This document shows, one piece after another, positions 31,797 to 42,124 of a stretch of 64,000 bases of DNA. The translations under genes were made by a program, and so were the position numbers. The stretch is taken from IMG/VR virus record IMGVR_UViG_3300037067_016734. The stretch is one strand, 5' to 3'. This DNA comes from an uncultured virus (IMG/VR IMGVR_UViG_3300037067_016734) (Duplodnaviria > Heunggongvirae > Uroviricota > Caudoviricetes). Below the pieces are notes generated by a model. It was not told the DNA's origin. It made no database searches and saw nothing but the letters and a program-made list of their open reading frames with translations. Numbering within the stretch: the first letter of the stretch is position 1; the number at the start of each line of letters is the position of its first letter.

Positions 31797-32535
31797 TATA
31801 TATTTTATAGTAAAAAAAGAAGATATTGGAAAGGTTCAATTAAAGTATCCCAAACAGGAGACTTATATTTTAGTTCCGACTGCCAAAAAGAATTCTTCTT
31901 TGAATCTATATGGTCGTGAAGGTTGGGACTTCAAAACTGATGCCCTTTATACTAGTGGTCTATCTTATTCTAAGAAATTTAGAGACTCTATCTTTACGAT
32001 ATTATCTAGATTTGAAGGAGAAGAGAGAAACATTAATAATTTTGTTACAGGACTCAAGAACGAGATACAACCTCATATCCTTAATCCTATAGCTCACCAG
32101 TTTGCTTATTTTATTTGGCATTATGTGAGAGGGACATATAATTACTTTCTAAACGGAATTTCTCCCATCTTTTGCTTAGATTCTTCGGCACCTATTTCTA
32201 ATCAATTAAACCACAGTGATGTATATTTTACTCCCGAATTTATAAGCAATCAATTAAACGATTCTGATAAAATCGTAGTTTCACCATCAGCTTGCGTTCA
32301 AATATTCAATATCGAATATCCTAGCAGGTTCCTAGTAGATTTATTTCATCTTTTAGATCCATTTTTAGGAGGTCCACTAACAACCCAACTCTATCTTAAA
32401 ATTCTGCATAACACTTATGCTTATCGTCTTATGGAATATATGGGATTTGGAAAAGATTTAGACGAGAAAATAAAAGTAATCCTTCGAATGAATGGTATTA
32501 CTACATTCACCGGTCTTCGTGACGTGGAACTGTAA
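31786..32535 (+). CDS. Hypothetical protein ending in DVEL
   Basis: 249-aa ORF. Confidence 0.6.
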   Translation: MANNIYFIVKKEDIGKVQLKYPKQETYILVPTAKKNSSLNLYGREGWDFKTDALYTSGLSYSKKFRDSIFTILSRFEGEERNINNFVTGLKNEIQPHILNPIAHQFAYFIWHYVRGTYNYFLNGISPIFCLDSSAPISNQLNHSDVYFTPEFISNQLNDSDKIVVSPSACVQIFNIEYPSRFLVDLFHLLDPFLGGPLTTQLYLKILHNTYAYRLMEYMGFGKDLDEKIKVILRMNGITTFTGLRDVEL

Positions 32536-32555
32536 AATTACACAAGGATTTATAT

Positions 32556-32828
32556 ATGAGCGAAAAGAAAAAGTATCCAGATATCACCTTTGGCGTTAGA
32601 GAGTATGAAGGTAAAACTTATCTAACTATTCAAAGTCGTGTATTCACCAACAAAGATAAGGTTGAAGGAGATAAGCGTCCTAATTACAAGAGCAATTCTG
32701 CGGCTGTTTGGGAAGCTAAAGCTCAAGATAATTCATGGGCCGCAATTGATATCAAACTTGAACCTTCGATTGAAGAAGTTATAGAGTTTCTCGAAAATAA
32801 CGGTTATACTGTGGGTAAAGCTAAGTAA
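32556..32828 (+). CDS. Small protein, possibly DUF736-like
   Basis: NKDK..DKRPNYK motif. Confidence 0.35.
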   Translation: MSEKKKYPDITFGVREYEGKTYLTIQSRVFTNKDKVEGDKRPNYKSNSAAVWEAKAQDNSWAAIDIKLEPSIEEVIEFLENNGYTVGKAK

Positions 32829-33470
32829 CTATGAATTCTAAAATGCCACGCTTCGCGGAATCTCTTCAGCAGGCCATAAAAGCGGCCCGTCAAGGTACGT
32901 CTTCATCTTCTTCGTCTGGTTTATCTTCAGAAGAAGCCTTGAGAGAGATGGAGCAATTAAATAGAAGCGTGGATTATACAAGCAGGATTCCCCCTGATCC
33001 TGCTATTCAACAGGGAGAGAGGGAGGAATTTCCCCTTCCCTCTCTTTCTCCTTTAATGCAAGAATATGCTGAATATTTATCTTCGGTACCAGAACTTAAA
33101 GATTTAATTGATGAAATTCCAGATTCAGGTTCTATTCAGAAAATTATCGGAATGATAAGGGAAATTAATTCTGTTTTAAAGAATCGTTTACATATTATTA
33201 CAGAATCAATTATCCAACAGAAAGAGAAGGAAAATATCTTGAACTTTCTCAATGTAAAGAAATTAGAATTTGGATGTTTGTATTCTTTGAGTTCAGCCGA
33301 AGCGAAGATTGTAGTGGTGATTGTGTCAAATCGTTTATATTTTATCAGTAATAAAGATAACGTTTATATTGACGATGGTAAGATTGATATTAAGTTGCAT
33401 TCAGAAGAAGCAATGGAAGAGACGAAACAACAATTATTTCAAAAAATGACAAGCGAAGTTATGAAACTAT

Positions 33471-34262
33471 ATGCAATACATAGAGACCAATCAAAGGACC
33501 ATCAAACTAACTAAAGAATTACAAGATTACTCTAAAGAATTAGATTCTATTATTGCTAAAGAAAAAAATTCCGTTGATAGTTCAACAGGAAGATATATTG
33601 GTAAAAACAATAGAGCAAAATATCTTGAGTTAGCCATTGATAAGTTATATAACAATCTCCTAGAAGAGTATAATGGACTTGTATTTTGTTGTGTCAGAAT
33701 TTTTCATGCACCTTTAGCTGATTATGACGACATAGTAAGAATAGCCAAAATTGCTCTATTTAAAGGATTTAAACGTTATGATCCCTCTGTCAGTAAGGTT
33801 ACGACCTTTATCATGAGGACTATCATGGGTGAAATCAAAAGGTATTTTAGGGATAATTGTTGGAGATGGAAGGTTCCAAGAAGATTGAAGGAGGCAGCAA
33901 GCGGTAAAAATAATGAAATTGAAGAATTAGAAATTATAGCCAAAAAATACGGAATAGAAGAGGATGATTTAAAGCAGGTCAGAGAAATATTAAGATCTAA
34001 CCTCTCCCATGAAGATTATCATGATATTCAAGACGAAAGTAATCATGATGCCGGTTATTACTTGTTTCAAACTTTATTAACTGACGAAATGCTATCCAAA
34101 TTAAGTCAAATTGAAAAAGAGGCACTGGAATTACGATTTATAGACAACCGAAGTATGGCTGATATAGCAGATATTTTGTTTATTGAGGTAGGAAGAGCCA
34201 AGAAAGTAATAGAGAATGCAACCAATAAATTAAAAAAATATTACGAGGATAAACGTGGCTGA
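33471..34262 (+). CDS. Sigma-70 family sigma factor, SigB/SigF/SigG-like
   Basis: RYDPS, IMGEIKRYFRD..KVPRRLKE, region-4 HTH (ALELRF..SMADIADIL). Confidence 0.88.
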   Translation: MQYIETNQRTIKLTKELQDYSKELDSIIAKEKNSVDSSTGRYIGKNNRAKYLELAIDKLYNNLLEEYNGLVFCCVRIFHAPLADYDDIVRIAKIALFKGFKRYDPSVSKVTTFIMRTIMGEIKRYFRDNCWRWKVPRRLKEAASGKNNEIEELEIIAKKYGIEEDDLKQVREILRSNLSHEDYHDIQDESNHDAGYYLFQTLLTDEMLSKLSQIEKEALELRFIDNRSMADIADILFIEVGRAKKVIENATNKLKKYYEDKRG

Positions 34263-35019
34263 GAAAAAAGATTCTAGTCTTAAAAATATATTAATTACAT
34301 GTGAAGATGTTAAAGGTTTGCGAGATCTTTTTGACGAAAAGACTCGTGAACTTAACAAACTCGCCATAGGTTCAGACGGTTCAATTAACAAAACTTATAT
34401 TGAGCAGACCAAAGGTGATTTAACCAAGAAACACTACGATACCACAGGTTATCGTTATCAGAGGTTAGTTAATATTTTAAATGAAGTAGTTGGATCTTGT
34501 CATTGGAGAGGTTTATATAAACTAGTAGATAGAATCGACGGAGAAGCTAAATCTGGTCAAAAGAAATATTCTATTTGTTTAGAAGTTAAAGTTCAAATCG
34601 GTAATCCTATGCCTGATGGAACATTTGATGTTCTTGATGAAAAAGTGTGTTTTGGTGGTAGTTCTAGTGCAGATATAGATAATGCCTACAAAGGTGCTTA
34701 TACTAATGGATTAAAGAAGACTTTAGCCTTAATGGGTTTGGGTTCTTGCGCTTATACAGGAGAGTTACATCAACTGTTACATGTCGAGATACCTGAAGGC
34801 GATGACGATAACGATTATGAAGAAGACGCTATATCTCATAAATCTACCTCCTCTACCTCTACTAATGACAACTCTGAAAAAATTAAATGTGTAGTAACGG
34901 GAGAAGTTATTAGTCAGAAACAAGCTCAATATTGTGAAGAGCATGGATTGAAGCCTGCAAAATTTGATATTATCAAACAGTATAGATCAGATGGAAAATT
35001 AGACGAACTGAAGGTTTAA
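34255..35019 (+). CDS. Rad52/Sak-like single-strand annealing protein
   Basis: ILNEVVG..W; AYKGAYTNGLKKTLALMGLG. Confidence 0.8.
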   Translation: MAEKKDSSLKNILITCEDVKGLRDLFDEKTRELNKLAIGSDGSINKTYIEQTKGDLTKKHYDTTGYRYQRLVNILNEVVGSCHWRGLYKLVDRIDGEAKSGQKKYSICLEVKVQIGNPMPDGTFDVLDEKVCFGGSSSADIDNAYKGAYTNGLKKTLALMGLGSCAYTGELHQLLHVEIPEGDDDNDYEEDAISHKSTSSTSTNDNSEKIKCVVTGEVISQKQAQYCEEHGLKPAKFDIIKQYRSDGKLDELKV

Positions 35020-35021
35020 TT

Positions 35022-35339
35022 ATGGAAAAAAGCAATCTATCTAAATTCGTAAAAAACTGTCGTGGCGACTTAAGTTATCGTAATTTTGCTAAGAAAATCA
35101 ATACACTTTTTACATATTCATATCTTAAGTACATAGAAGATGATATGAGATGTCCCGATGAAGATAAATGGATAACGTTTGCAAAAATATTTGATCTTGA
35201 TGAGATTAAAGCAAAAGATATGTTAAACGAACAAAGAATTCATGTTGGATATAACTTAAAAGTTAAGAAATTATATAAAGAAATGATAAAGCAAGGTTCT
35301 CAACGCAATGAGGACGATAATAACGAAAATTCTGAATGA
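35022..35339 (+). CDS. XRE-like helix-turn-helix protein
   Basis: LSYRNFAKKI..SYLKYIE..P. Confidence 0.65.
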   Translation: MEKSNLSKFVKNCRGDLSYRNFAKKINTLFTYSYLKYIEDDMRCPDEDKWITFAKIFDLDEIKAKDMLNEQRIHVGYNLKVKKLYKEMIKQGSQRNEDDNNENSE

Positions 35340-35862
35340 TCTCTACCCTGAACACCTATATATCTGGTGTCTCAAAGACTTCTTTGATTATCGTCAGGGT
35401 TTATTTATAGTTAAGGTTGGATATTGGGACGTTTTTGATGCATTATATTCCAACAGAACGATATTGTTTAAACTAGCGAGGAAGCATGATAAAAACACTA
35501 AATGTAAAATCGTATTCGAGAAGGATTAATAAGGTAATAAAGAAGTTTAAAAATATAAGAAAAGTCAAAGATACAAATTTTCCAGAGGAGATATTGACTA
35601 GCTTTAGAAGACGTTATTCTAGTGTATTTTACAGAATCTTTCTTCCTAAATCATTACAAAAAGCAGAAATGAAGTCTTATTTCATTAATAATGGAGGTAT
35701 TTTATTTAGCCAAAGTCGTTTTCCTTTAGAATTTTGCAATGTTACATTTCCTTGTTTACTGATTGCAGAAAATGACTCTATCTTTGAAAGCAAGGTTATG
35801 CCAGATAAATGTACCTCTAAATTATACGATATCAGCTATATCATAAATACATTCGTAATAGT

Positions 35863-36525
35863 ATGATTTCTAGATTATATAATAAACATCAAGGTGCGAT
35901 AATTGCAGTAGTAGGGAGTGGTCCTACCGCACAGGATTTCACAGGCAAAGAAGATATATCTATTGCTTTAAATGCCGCCATTAGTTTAGAGATAGAGTTT
36001 GATTATTTTGCGGCCTTTGATCTCAGTTTAGATGGAAGAACGTGGTTTAATAAACATAGAAAATCCAGAATCATTGGAGCGGGATTAGCTCCTGTTGATT
36101 CTATTGTATATCCGAACCTTGACGATAACTTAAAACAAAAAATTAGAGGAAACGAACTTCTTGAAACCAAATATATCGAACTTGGTATTCAGCCACCTAA
36201 AGAACCTCATGTAGTCTTTTTCTATCGTAGACGTTGTGTTCCGGTATTTGATCGTTGTCCTGTTGAATTCTCATCTGTAGGAAATATAGCCATAGTGGGC
36301 GGCGAAGCCGCTATTACTATGGGGGGATCGGAGATTCATTTTTATGGTATTGATTTAAATCAGAGATATTATTTTTATGATCCGAGAAAAAACTTAGGAA
36401 CATATGGACGTAATAGTGTTCAGTTCTTTAATCAACTATTAGAAAAAAGCATACAAAACAATATAAAAATAAAAGTTAAACGTGGGCCAAATAGCGCCGT
36501 AACAGTAGGAGCAGATCTTGTCTAA
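35863..36525 (+). CDS. MAF/DUF115-like (sialyltransferase-like fold) protein
   Basis: VVGSGPT, IALN, MGGSEIHFYGID. Confidence 0.65.
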   Translation: MISRLYNKHQGAIIAVVGSGPTAQDFTGKEDISIALNAAISLEIEFDYFAAFDLSLDGRTWFNKHRKSRIIGAGLAPVDSIVYPNLDDNLKQKIRGNELLETKYIELGIQPPKEPHVVFFYRRRCVPVFDRCPVEFSSVGNIAIVGGEAAITMGGSEIHFYGIDLNQRYYFYDPRKNLGTYGRNSVQFFNQLLEKSIQNNIKIKVKRGPNSAVTVGADLV

Positions 36526-37726
36526 AGTTAAGGGAAACATCAAAGAAATTGCAGCGCAACACTTTGAAGACTTGGTACATCCTAAACCTCGTATTCTTAC
36601 TGGTTTTAGAACTCTAGATGAAGTTTTAAATGGTATTCGTCATGAAGATTTTGCTGTAGTCGCAGGAGAGACCGGTCAATTCAAAAGTACCGTTTGTGCT
36701 AATATTTTATTAAATGCAGCAAGAATGGATATAGGGTCATGTTTGTATTCTTATGAAATGTCTAACTTGATGAATTTTAGAAGAATTATGTGTTCAGAGA
36801 CCAAAATGATGTTGAGGGATATTGAGAACGTCAATCAAACACAAGAAAATCAAGATAAAATTGAAAACAAAATCAATGAATTATCTGAACAACATTTGTA
36901 TCTCGAAGCAGAAGCATTCCCTACTATGAAAGACCTTATTAGTGATATGACTAAAAAGAGGAACGAAGGGGTTAGGCTTTTCATCATTGATTATATTCAA
37001 TTGTTAGCAATGGGGGGAGAAAATAGTCGAGTCGAACAAATTGAAGCTACTAGCCGTAAATTGAAACTGGCGGCTAAAAATCTTGATGCTGTCGTGATCG
37101 GAGTTTCGCAGTTTTCAAGAACTCACCGCAGAGACAATACCGAACCCGAGTTATGGGACATGAAAGGGTCGTCTGCCTTGGAGTTTGATCCCGCTCAAGT
37201 TATTTTTGTTCTATCTAAAACATATGCTAATCTAGATAGAAACAAAGTTTATATTCCCCCTTATGTTGAATCGGAGTTGGTCTTAAAGAAGAATCGTCAC
37301 GGTAGAGCCGGAGTGAGAACAAAATGTATCATTCTTCCTCAGTATTATAAATTTGCCAATATTGACTATACTGATGATATTGGAAAAGCCAATTGTGACG
37401 AAATGAGTTGTATGAATGAACATTGCAATTCAGATACCTTTAGTATGACAGGGGAAAGGGTGGTTTGTTCTGAATGTAATACATTTTATACGGAAGAATG
37501 TGGATGTAATAATGGTTTAGTGTTTTATGAGAAGATAATTAATGGATTTACATATGAATATGTTGGTCTATGTAGTAAGTGTGCTAGAGGTCATGCTATT
37601 TTAAACAGTACTAATAACACCAATGCAGTAATTGAGAACGAAAAAGATAAAATTTCATTCTTACCTTTTATCGGTCATGGCAAAGAAATTCTAGATGTAT
37701 GTTTTGAGGATGAAAATGGTTTATAG
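36518..37726 (+). CDS. dnaB: DnaB-like replicative helicase with Cys-rich C-terminal extension
   Basis: TGFRTLD, GETGQFKS, SYEM, IDYIQL, SQFSR, KNRHG. Confidence 0.92.
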   Translation: MSKVKGNIKEIAAQHFEDLVHPKPRILTGFRTLDEVLNGIRHEDFAVVAGETGQFKSTVCANILLNAARMDIGSCLYSYEMSNLMNFRRIMCSETKMMLRDIENVNQTQENQDKIENKINELSEQHLYLEAEAFPTMKDLISDMTKKRNEGVRLFIIDYIQLLAMGGENSRVEQIEATSRKLKLAAKNLDAVVIGVSQFSRTHRRDNTEPELWDMKGSSALEFDPAQVIFVLSKTYANLDRNKVYIPPYVESELVLKKNRHGRAGVRTKCIILPQYYKFANIDYTDDIGKANCDEMSCMNEHCNSDTFSMTGERVVCSECNTFYTEECGCNNGLVFYEKIINGFTYEYVGLCSKCARGHAILNSTNNTNAVIENEKDKISFLPFIGHGKEILDVCFEDENGL

Positions 37727-38276
37727 AAATTTTGTTTATAGTAACTATGTCGGACATTTTCCCTTTTTAATAAACTATCCGGAAAGGATTACAAATTACG
37801 ATATTCCTATTTTCAACGGAGTATATCAAGAGATAGAGGATTTTTTTGAAAAAGACATAAAAAAGGGAATGATTATTTCATCCATCAACTCATTAAATAC
37901 GGGATGTCTACTAATTCCTATTGCACTCAAGTATGGTATTACATACTGTAATGCGCTTGATCTTGTAACCAGAGAGCAGAAAGATGCAGAGTCTCTATCT
38001 TTAATTAACGCAACATCTCTAATTATAGATGAAGTAGGAGTAGAGGATAGTAGGGTTAGATGGATTATTGAAAAGATAATCAATCATCGTTTTAAAGGAG
38101 GATATCAGACTATATTCGGAATTTCAACTCATTGGGACAATTTAGACAAATCATATACGCCCAATACGGCTAGTAAGATTGTTGCTATGTCATCTTTGAG
38201 GTTGAATTTATCAAAATCACTATTTGTGGTTGCAGCGAACGAAGATTATCGTTACGATTTAGAAAAGGATTATTAA
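37695..38276 (+). CDS. DnaC/IstB-like helicase loader with degenerate Walker A
   Basis: LIIDEVG Walker B, IINHRF..TIF; position after DnaB. Confidence 0.6.
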   Translation: MYVLRMKMVYRNFVYSNYVGHFPFLINYPERITNYDIPIFNGVYQEIEDFFEKDIKKGMIISSINSLNTGCLLIPIALKYGITYCNALDLVTREQKDAESLSLINATSLIIDEVGVEDSRVRWIIEKIINHRFKGGYQTIFGISTHWDNLDKSYTPNTASKIVAMSSLRLNLSKSLFVVAANEDYRYDLEKDY

Positions 38277-38278
38277 AT

Positions 38279-38671
38279 ATGGAAAATACAGTAGAAAAAA
38301 CAGAAAATACAGAAGAAAGAGATGAAAGCTACCTATCGGATGGGCCAGGAGCAGATCTCTCACTAAAAGATCTTTTAGAAACAGTTAAATATAGGGAAGT
38401 TTGGGACGAAGATCTTTGGAGAGCAATCGCTAAAGAAGGTAAGTTATTAACGTTGGTTGTGAAAAGCCTACCATTTTCGATGAAATTCCCCAACAGTGAG
38501 AATCCTCCTCCAAAACTACCAACCGAATATAACGTAATAACAGGTGTAATTGATAATGTAATAGGAAACTGGTTGGTTTTTAAGGGGGAAGTCAAAGAAG
38601 GAGAAGTGTCTACAAAACTAACATTCTTTGTTGCTTATAGTGAAATTATATCTTTTTCTTTTAGAGATTAA
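38279..38671 (+). CDS. Hypothetical protein, possibly Sm/LSm-like fold
   Basis: ITGVI..WLVF..FVAYSEIISF pattern. Confidence 0.3.
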   Translation: MENTVEKTENTEERDESYLSDGPGADLSLKDLLETVKYREVWDEDLWRAIAKEGKLLTLVVKSLPFSMKFPNSENPPPKLPTEYNVITGVIDNVIGNWLVFKGEVKEGEVSTKLTFFVAYSEIISFSFRD

Positions 38672-38672
38672 C

Positions 38673-39758
38673 TTGTATATTTTAGCCGTAGGGGATGTTC
38701 AGATCTGTCCTAAATCTTATGTTGCCATAGATAGCATCTTGACTCAGTTCGTAACTAAGATATTAGAAATTAGAGATAAATATCAAGAACGTATAGTTGT
38801 AGTTTTTCCGGGAGATATATTCGAATATAATAATTATAGTAATAGTTATGTTCCTCCTTCTATGGTTATTGAACCTATCGCTAAGTTTCTAAGAGTTATG
38901 GAAGAAAATCAAGTGAATGTCGTGATGGTCGCAGGAAATCACGACAAAACTTACGGGGATTTTTCGAATGCAACCGATATATTTAAAGGTAACTCTATTT
39001 ATAATATTTCTGATGAAATCAAAGAGATAGAGCTTGATGGCGTAAGTTTTATTATGGTTCCGTGGTTATTGAATCATCAATACTCTAATCGAAAAGAGGT
39101 TGTTGATAAAATCAGGACACTTGCAAAGGAAGCTAAAGAAAAATCTAACTTACCTATTTTAGTAGGACACTTAAGGGTACTTGGATCAGAAGAGAAACAG
39201 TACAAAGTTAAGAATTCTAATTATTCTTTTGTTTTCTCAAAAGAAGAATTGAACAGTACAGGAATAGAATACGGTATCCTTGGAGATATTCATAAACATC
39301 AAAACGTTGTCAAAAAAATTGATTACATTGGAGGAATAAGACAAAGACATTTTGGAGAATCAGAAAATCCGTCATTGGTTAGACATCTCCATATTACTAA
39401 TTTGAATGGTAATTGGTCAGTTACTGACAATTATGAAGAAATAATTGGAATTTCAAAGTATATTGTAATTCAGATAGAGTCTGAAGAAAAATTGATGGAA
39501 ATTCTAAAACAAGAGTTTGATCCAATTCATCAGTATAGACTAGAAATGAATTTTGAAACCCAAATAAGATCTCCCTTTCTTAATGTTCATTTTAGGTGTA
39601 CTAAGCCGAGCGCCATAAAAAAACAAAAAACAACTCAAATTATTGGATCTAAACTAACCCATACGGCCATGATCAAACTATACAATGATGTTGTTCAAGA
39701 ATTATCAGCATCAGAATTACAAGACGTTATTAACTTTTTTCAGGAGAATCATCCTTAA
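38673..39758 (+). CDS. sbcD: SbcD/Mre11-like nuclease
   Basis: GDVQ, GDIFE, GNHD, GH, GDIH; probable TTG start. Confidence 0.88.
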   Translation: MYILAVGDVQICPKSYVAIDSILTQFVTKILEIRDKYQERIVVVFPGDIFEYNNYSNSYVPPSMVIEPIAKFLRVMEENQVNVVMVAGNHDKTYGDFSNATDIFKGNSIYNISDEIKEIELDGVSFIMVPWLLNHQYSNRKEVVDKIRTLAKEAKEKSNLPILVGHLRVLGSEEKQYKVKNSNYSFVFSKEELNSTGIEYGILGDIHKHQNVVKKIDYIGGIRQRHFGESENPSLVRHLHITNLNGNWSVTDNYEEIIGISKYIVIQIESEEKLMEILKQEFDPIHQYRLEMNFETQIRSPFLNVHFRCTKPSAIKKQKTTQIIGSKLTHTAMIKLYNDVVQELSASELQDVINFFQENHP

Positions 39759-40426
39759 TGTTTTATAAAAATGAATTAGTTAAATATTTAAAATATGCCC
39801 TTTTTCAAGCTACTTTATCTAAAGCTCGTAATCAAAAGGTTGGAGGAGTATTAATCCCGAAGGGTGGAGAAATACCTATTGGAGCGTATAATGGACCTCC
39901 TAGAGGAATTGATGAGAAAAATAATTGGGGAAGATTTTCACCAGAAGATAGAGTGAAGTTGTGGGAAATAGCAGAGAATGAACATGGTAGATATTGGCAC
40001 GGTCAGCATAATATCAATCTGGCCCACCCTAACGTAGAAGTTGATCCTCGACGTTTATTGGGCTATAAACATGGAGAAGGTTTAAAATTTCAACTTGATG
40101 TACATTGCGAAACCAATCTTGTAATCAATGCGGCAAGATCAGGTGTTTCAACTGTAGAGAGTGTAGTGATCTTAACCTGTCCTATACCGTGTAAAAATTG
40201 TGCCACCGTTCTTATTCAAGCCGGTGTGAGTGAAGTGCATTGCTTAACATCCAATGTAGGAGAAAAAACTGAAGATGGAGGAGAAGGGAACTACTATATG
40301 AGTCGTTGGTTATTCGAGAATGCTCAAAATACAACCTTAATAGAATATACTCAAAGTATTTATAATAAAGCATTAGAAGGATTTATTCAAAATAGCGGAA
40401 GTTTTGAAACATTTAAAAATGATTAA
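39758..40426 (+). CDS. dCMP deaminase family protein
   Basis: YNGPP, HCE, PCKNC, LIQAGV. Confidence 0.88.
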   Translation: MFYKNELVKYLKYALFQATLSKARNQKVGGVLIPKGGEIPIGAYNGPPRGIDEKNNWGRFSPEDRVKLWEIAENEHGRYWHGQHNINLAHPNVEVDPRRLLGYKHGEGLKFQLDVHCETNLVINAARSGVSTVESVVILTCPIPCKNCATVLIQAGVSEVHCLTSNVGEKTEDGGEGNYYMSRWLFENAQNTTLIEYTQSIYNKALEGFIQNSGSFETFKND

Positions 40427-42119
40427 TTTAATAGAAATCAATAATTTTTGCACTATTGACTCTGCTACTCTAGATCTCTCAAATCAAAAGTTAGTTATGA
40501 TAGTGGGAGGTTCCGGAAGCGGTAAATCATTATTACTTGGATCAATATTTGCTTGTTTATATGGAAGCTATCCAGACAAACCCGATAACTCCTTATATAG
40601 GGATGTTCTAGATGCAGAGAAAGAAGCCTCTATTGTTTTAGAGTTAGATCTTAACAATAAGTTTTATAGAATAGAGCGTCTAGTCAATGCCAAAGAACAA
40701 AAGACTCTATCTTATGTTTATGACAATCAACATCAGATTATCATTGGACCACAACTAAAAGGAGTTCAAGAATGGGTAACCGAGAACATTATGGACAAGA
40801 ACGCCTTTTTATCCTTATACTATTTAAGTCAAAAGTCTAAACAGGATATCTGCGATCTTCCTCCTTCTGAAAGTAACAAAGTGATACTTCAGCTTTTGGG
40901 GATCGGAAATCTTTATCCTTTCACTAAACATTTTTCATTATTAAATAAGGATATTCAACAAAACATCGGTAACCTTAAAAGAAACCTTCTTAACATTGGT
41001 TCATATAAGGCGGATTTAGAAAAGAACACTACAATTAAACAAGATAGAGAAAACGATATTAGATTATTAGAAAAAGAGATTAGAAATATCGATCTTTTCC
41101 TAGAGACTACTCACGATATGGAGGGAGTTGATTTTTTAAACAAACTAAAAGATCAAAAAACATCTCTAAGTCGTCGTAGTACTATGCTGGATAAACAGAT
41201 CAAACAAAACGGTGTCAGAAAAGATGAATTAGAAGGTTACCTGAAGGCTACAAATGAGGTTCCTTGCAAAAAGGCATTTCCTACCTGTAAATTCCTCATG
41301 GTTGATGAGTGGGAAAGTAACATTAAGGCTATCGAAAAAGACATACAAAATTTGCACAAAGAAGTCGAAGAGACCGACCAAGATATCGAAAAAATTCAAC
41401 AACAAATTATCGACATTCAAGGAGATGAGCAATATAACATTCATGCCAAAAGACTCCTCAGTGTTAATGAACGAGACAATTACATTCAAATACTTAATTC
41501 TAAAAATAAAGAATTGGGTGCAATAGAGGGGGACATTGAACGTTTGGAGAGAGAGATTGCAAAGGAACTGATTGTCAAAAATGAAATAAAAATATTAGAG
41601 AAGTCAAGAAAATACAGCGAATTCCTTGCAAGAACTTTTAGTAGAGAAGGTGTTCCTTCTATCGTTATAGAACAAGCTTTACCAGAAATTAATAATATTG
41701 CTAATGATATTTGTATTAATAACTATATTTCTTTTAGGTTTAGAATGAATTCCTTTAAAGAGATGCAAAATGGTACAAAAGTAGATAATATTAATGTTGC
41801 ATTAGAGGATGAGAACGGTAAAGTTCGTCATGTTGGGAGTTTTTCCGGAGGAGAGAGGCAGTTAGCTCAAGTGGTTTTAAGGTTTGCTTTACAACAATAT
41901 CTTTCAAAATCAATGAATTCTGGTTTTTCAATATTTATGGGTGATGAGATTTGGTCTCAAATGGATGCTAACTCAACAGAATTATGTTTTAATATTATAA
42001 GCAGCAAAAGTGAATTTGATCAAATTTTGGTTATCTCTCATAGTTACGATCTTGTTTCTAAATTTGATTGTATTATTGAGGTTACCAAGAATAATTTTAC
42101 AACATTTAAGGTGGTTTAA
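40419..42119 (+). CDS. sbcC: SbcC/Rad50-like ATPase
   Basis: GGSGSGKS, coiled coil, FSGGE, GDE, ISH. Confidence 0.92.
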   Translation: MINLIEINNFCTIDSATLDLSNQKLVMIVGGSGSGKSLLLGSIFACLYGSYPDKPDNSLYRDVLDAEKEASIVLELDLNNKFYRIERLVNAKEQKTLSYVYDNQHQIIIGPQLKGVQEWVTENIMDKNAFLSLYYLSQKSKQDICDLPPSESNKVILQLLGIGNLYPFTKHFSLLNKDIQQNIGNLKRNLLNIGSYKADLEKNTTIKQDRENDIRLLEKEIRNIDLFLETTHDMEGVDFLNKLKDQKTSLSRRSTMLDKQIKQNGVRKDELEGYLKATNEVPCKKAFPTCKFLMVDEWESNIKAIEKDIQNLHKEVEETDQDIEKIQQQIIDIQGDEQYNIHAKRLLSVNERDNYIQILNSKNKELGAIEGDIERLEREIAKELIVKNEIKILEKSRKYSEFLARTFSREGVPSIVIEQALPEINNIANDICINNYISFRFRMNSFKEMQNGTKVDNINVALEDENGKVRHVGSFSGGERQLAQVVLRFALQQYLSKSMNSGFSIFMGDEIWSQMDANSTELCFNIISSKSEFDQILVISHSYDLVSKFDCIIEVTKNNFTTFKVV

Positions 42120-42124
42120 CATTA

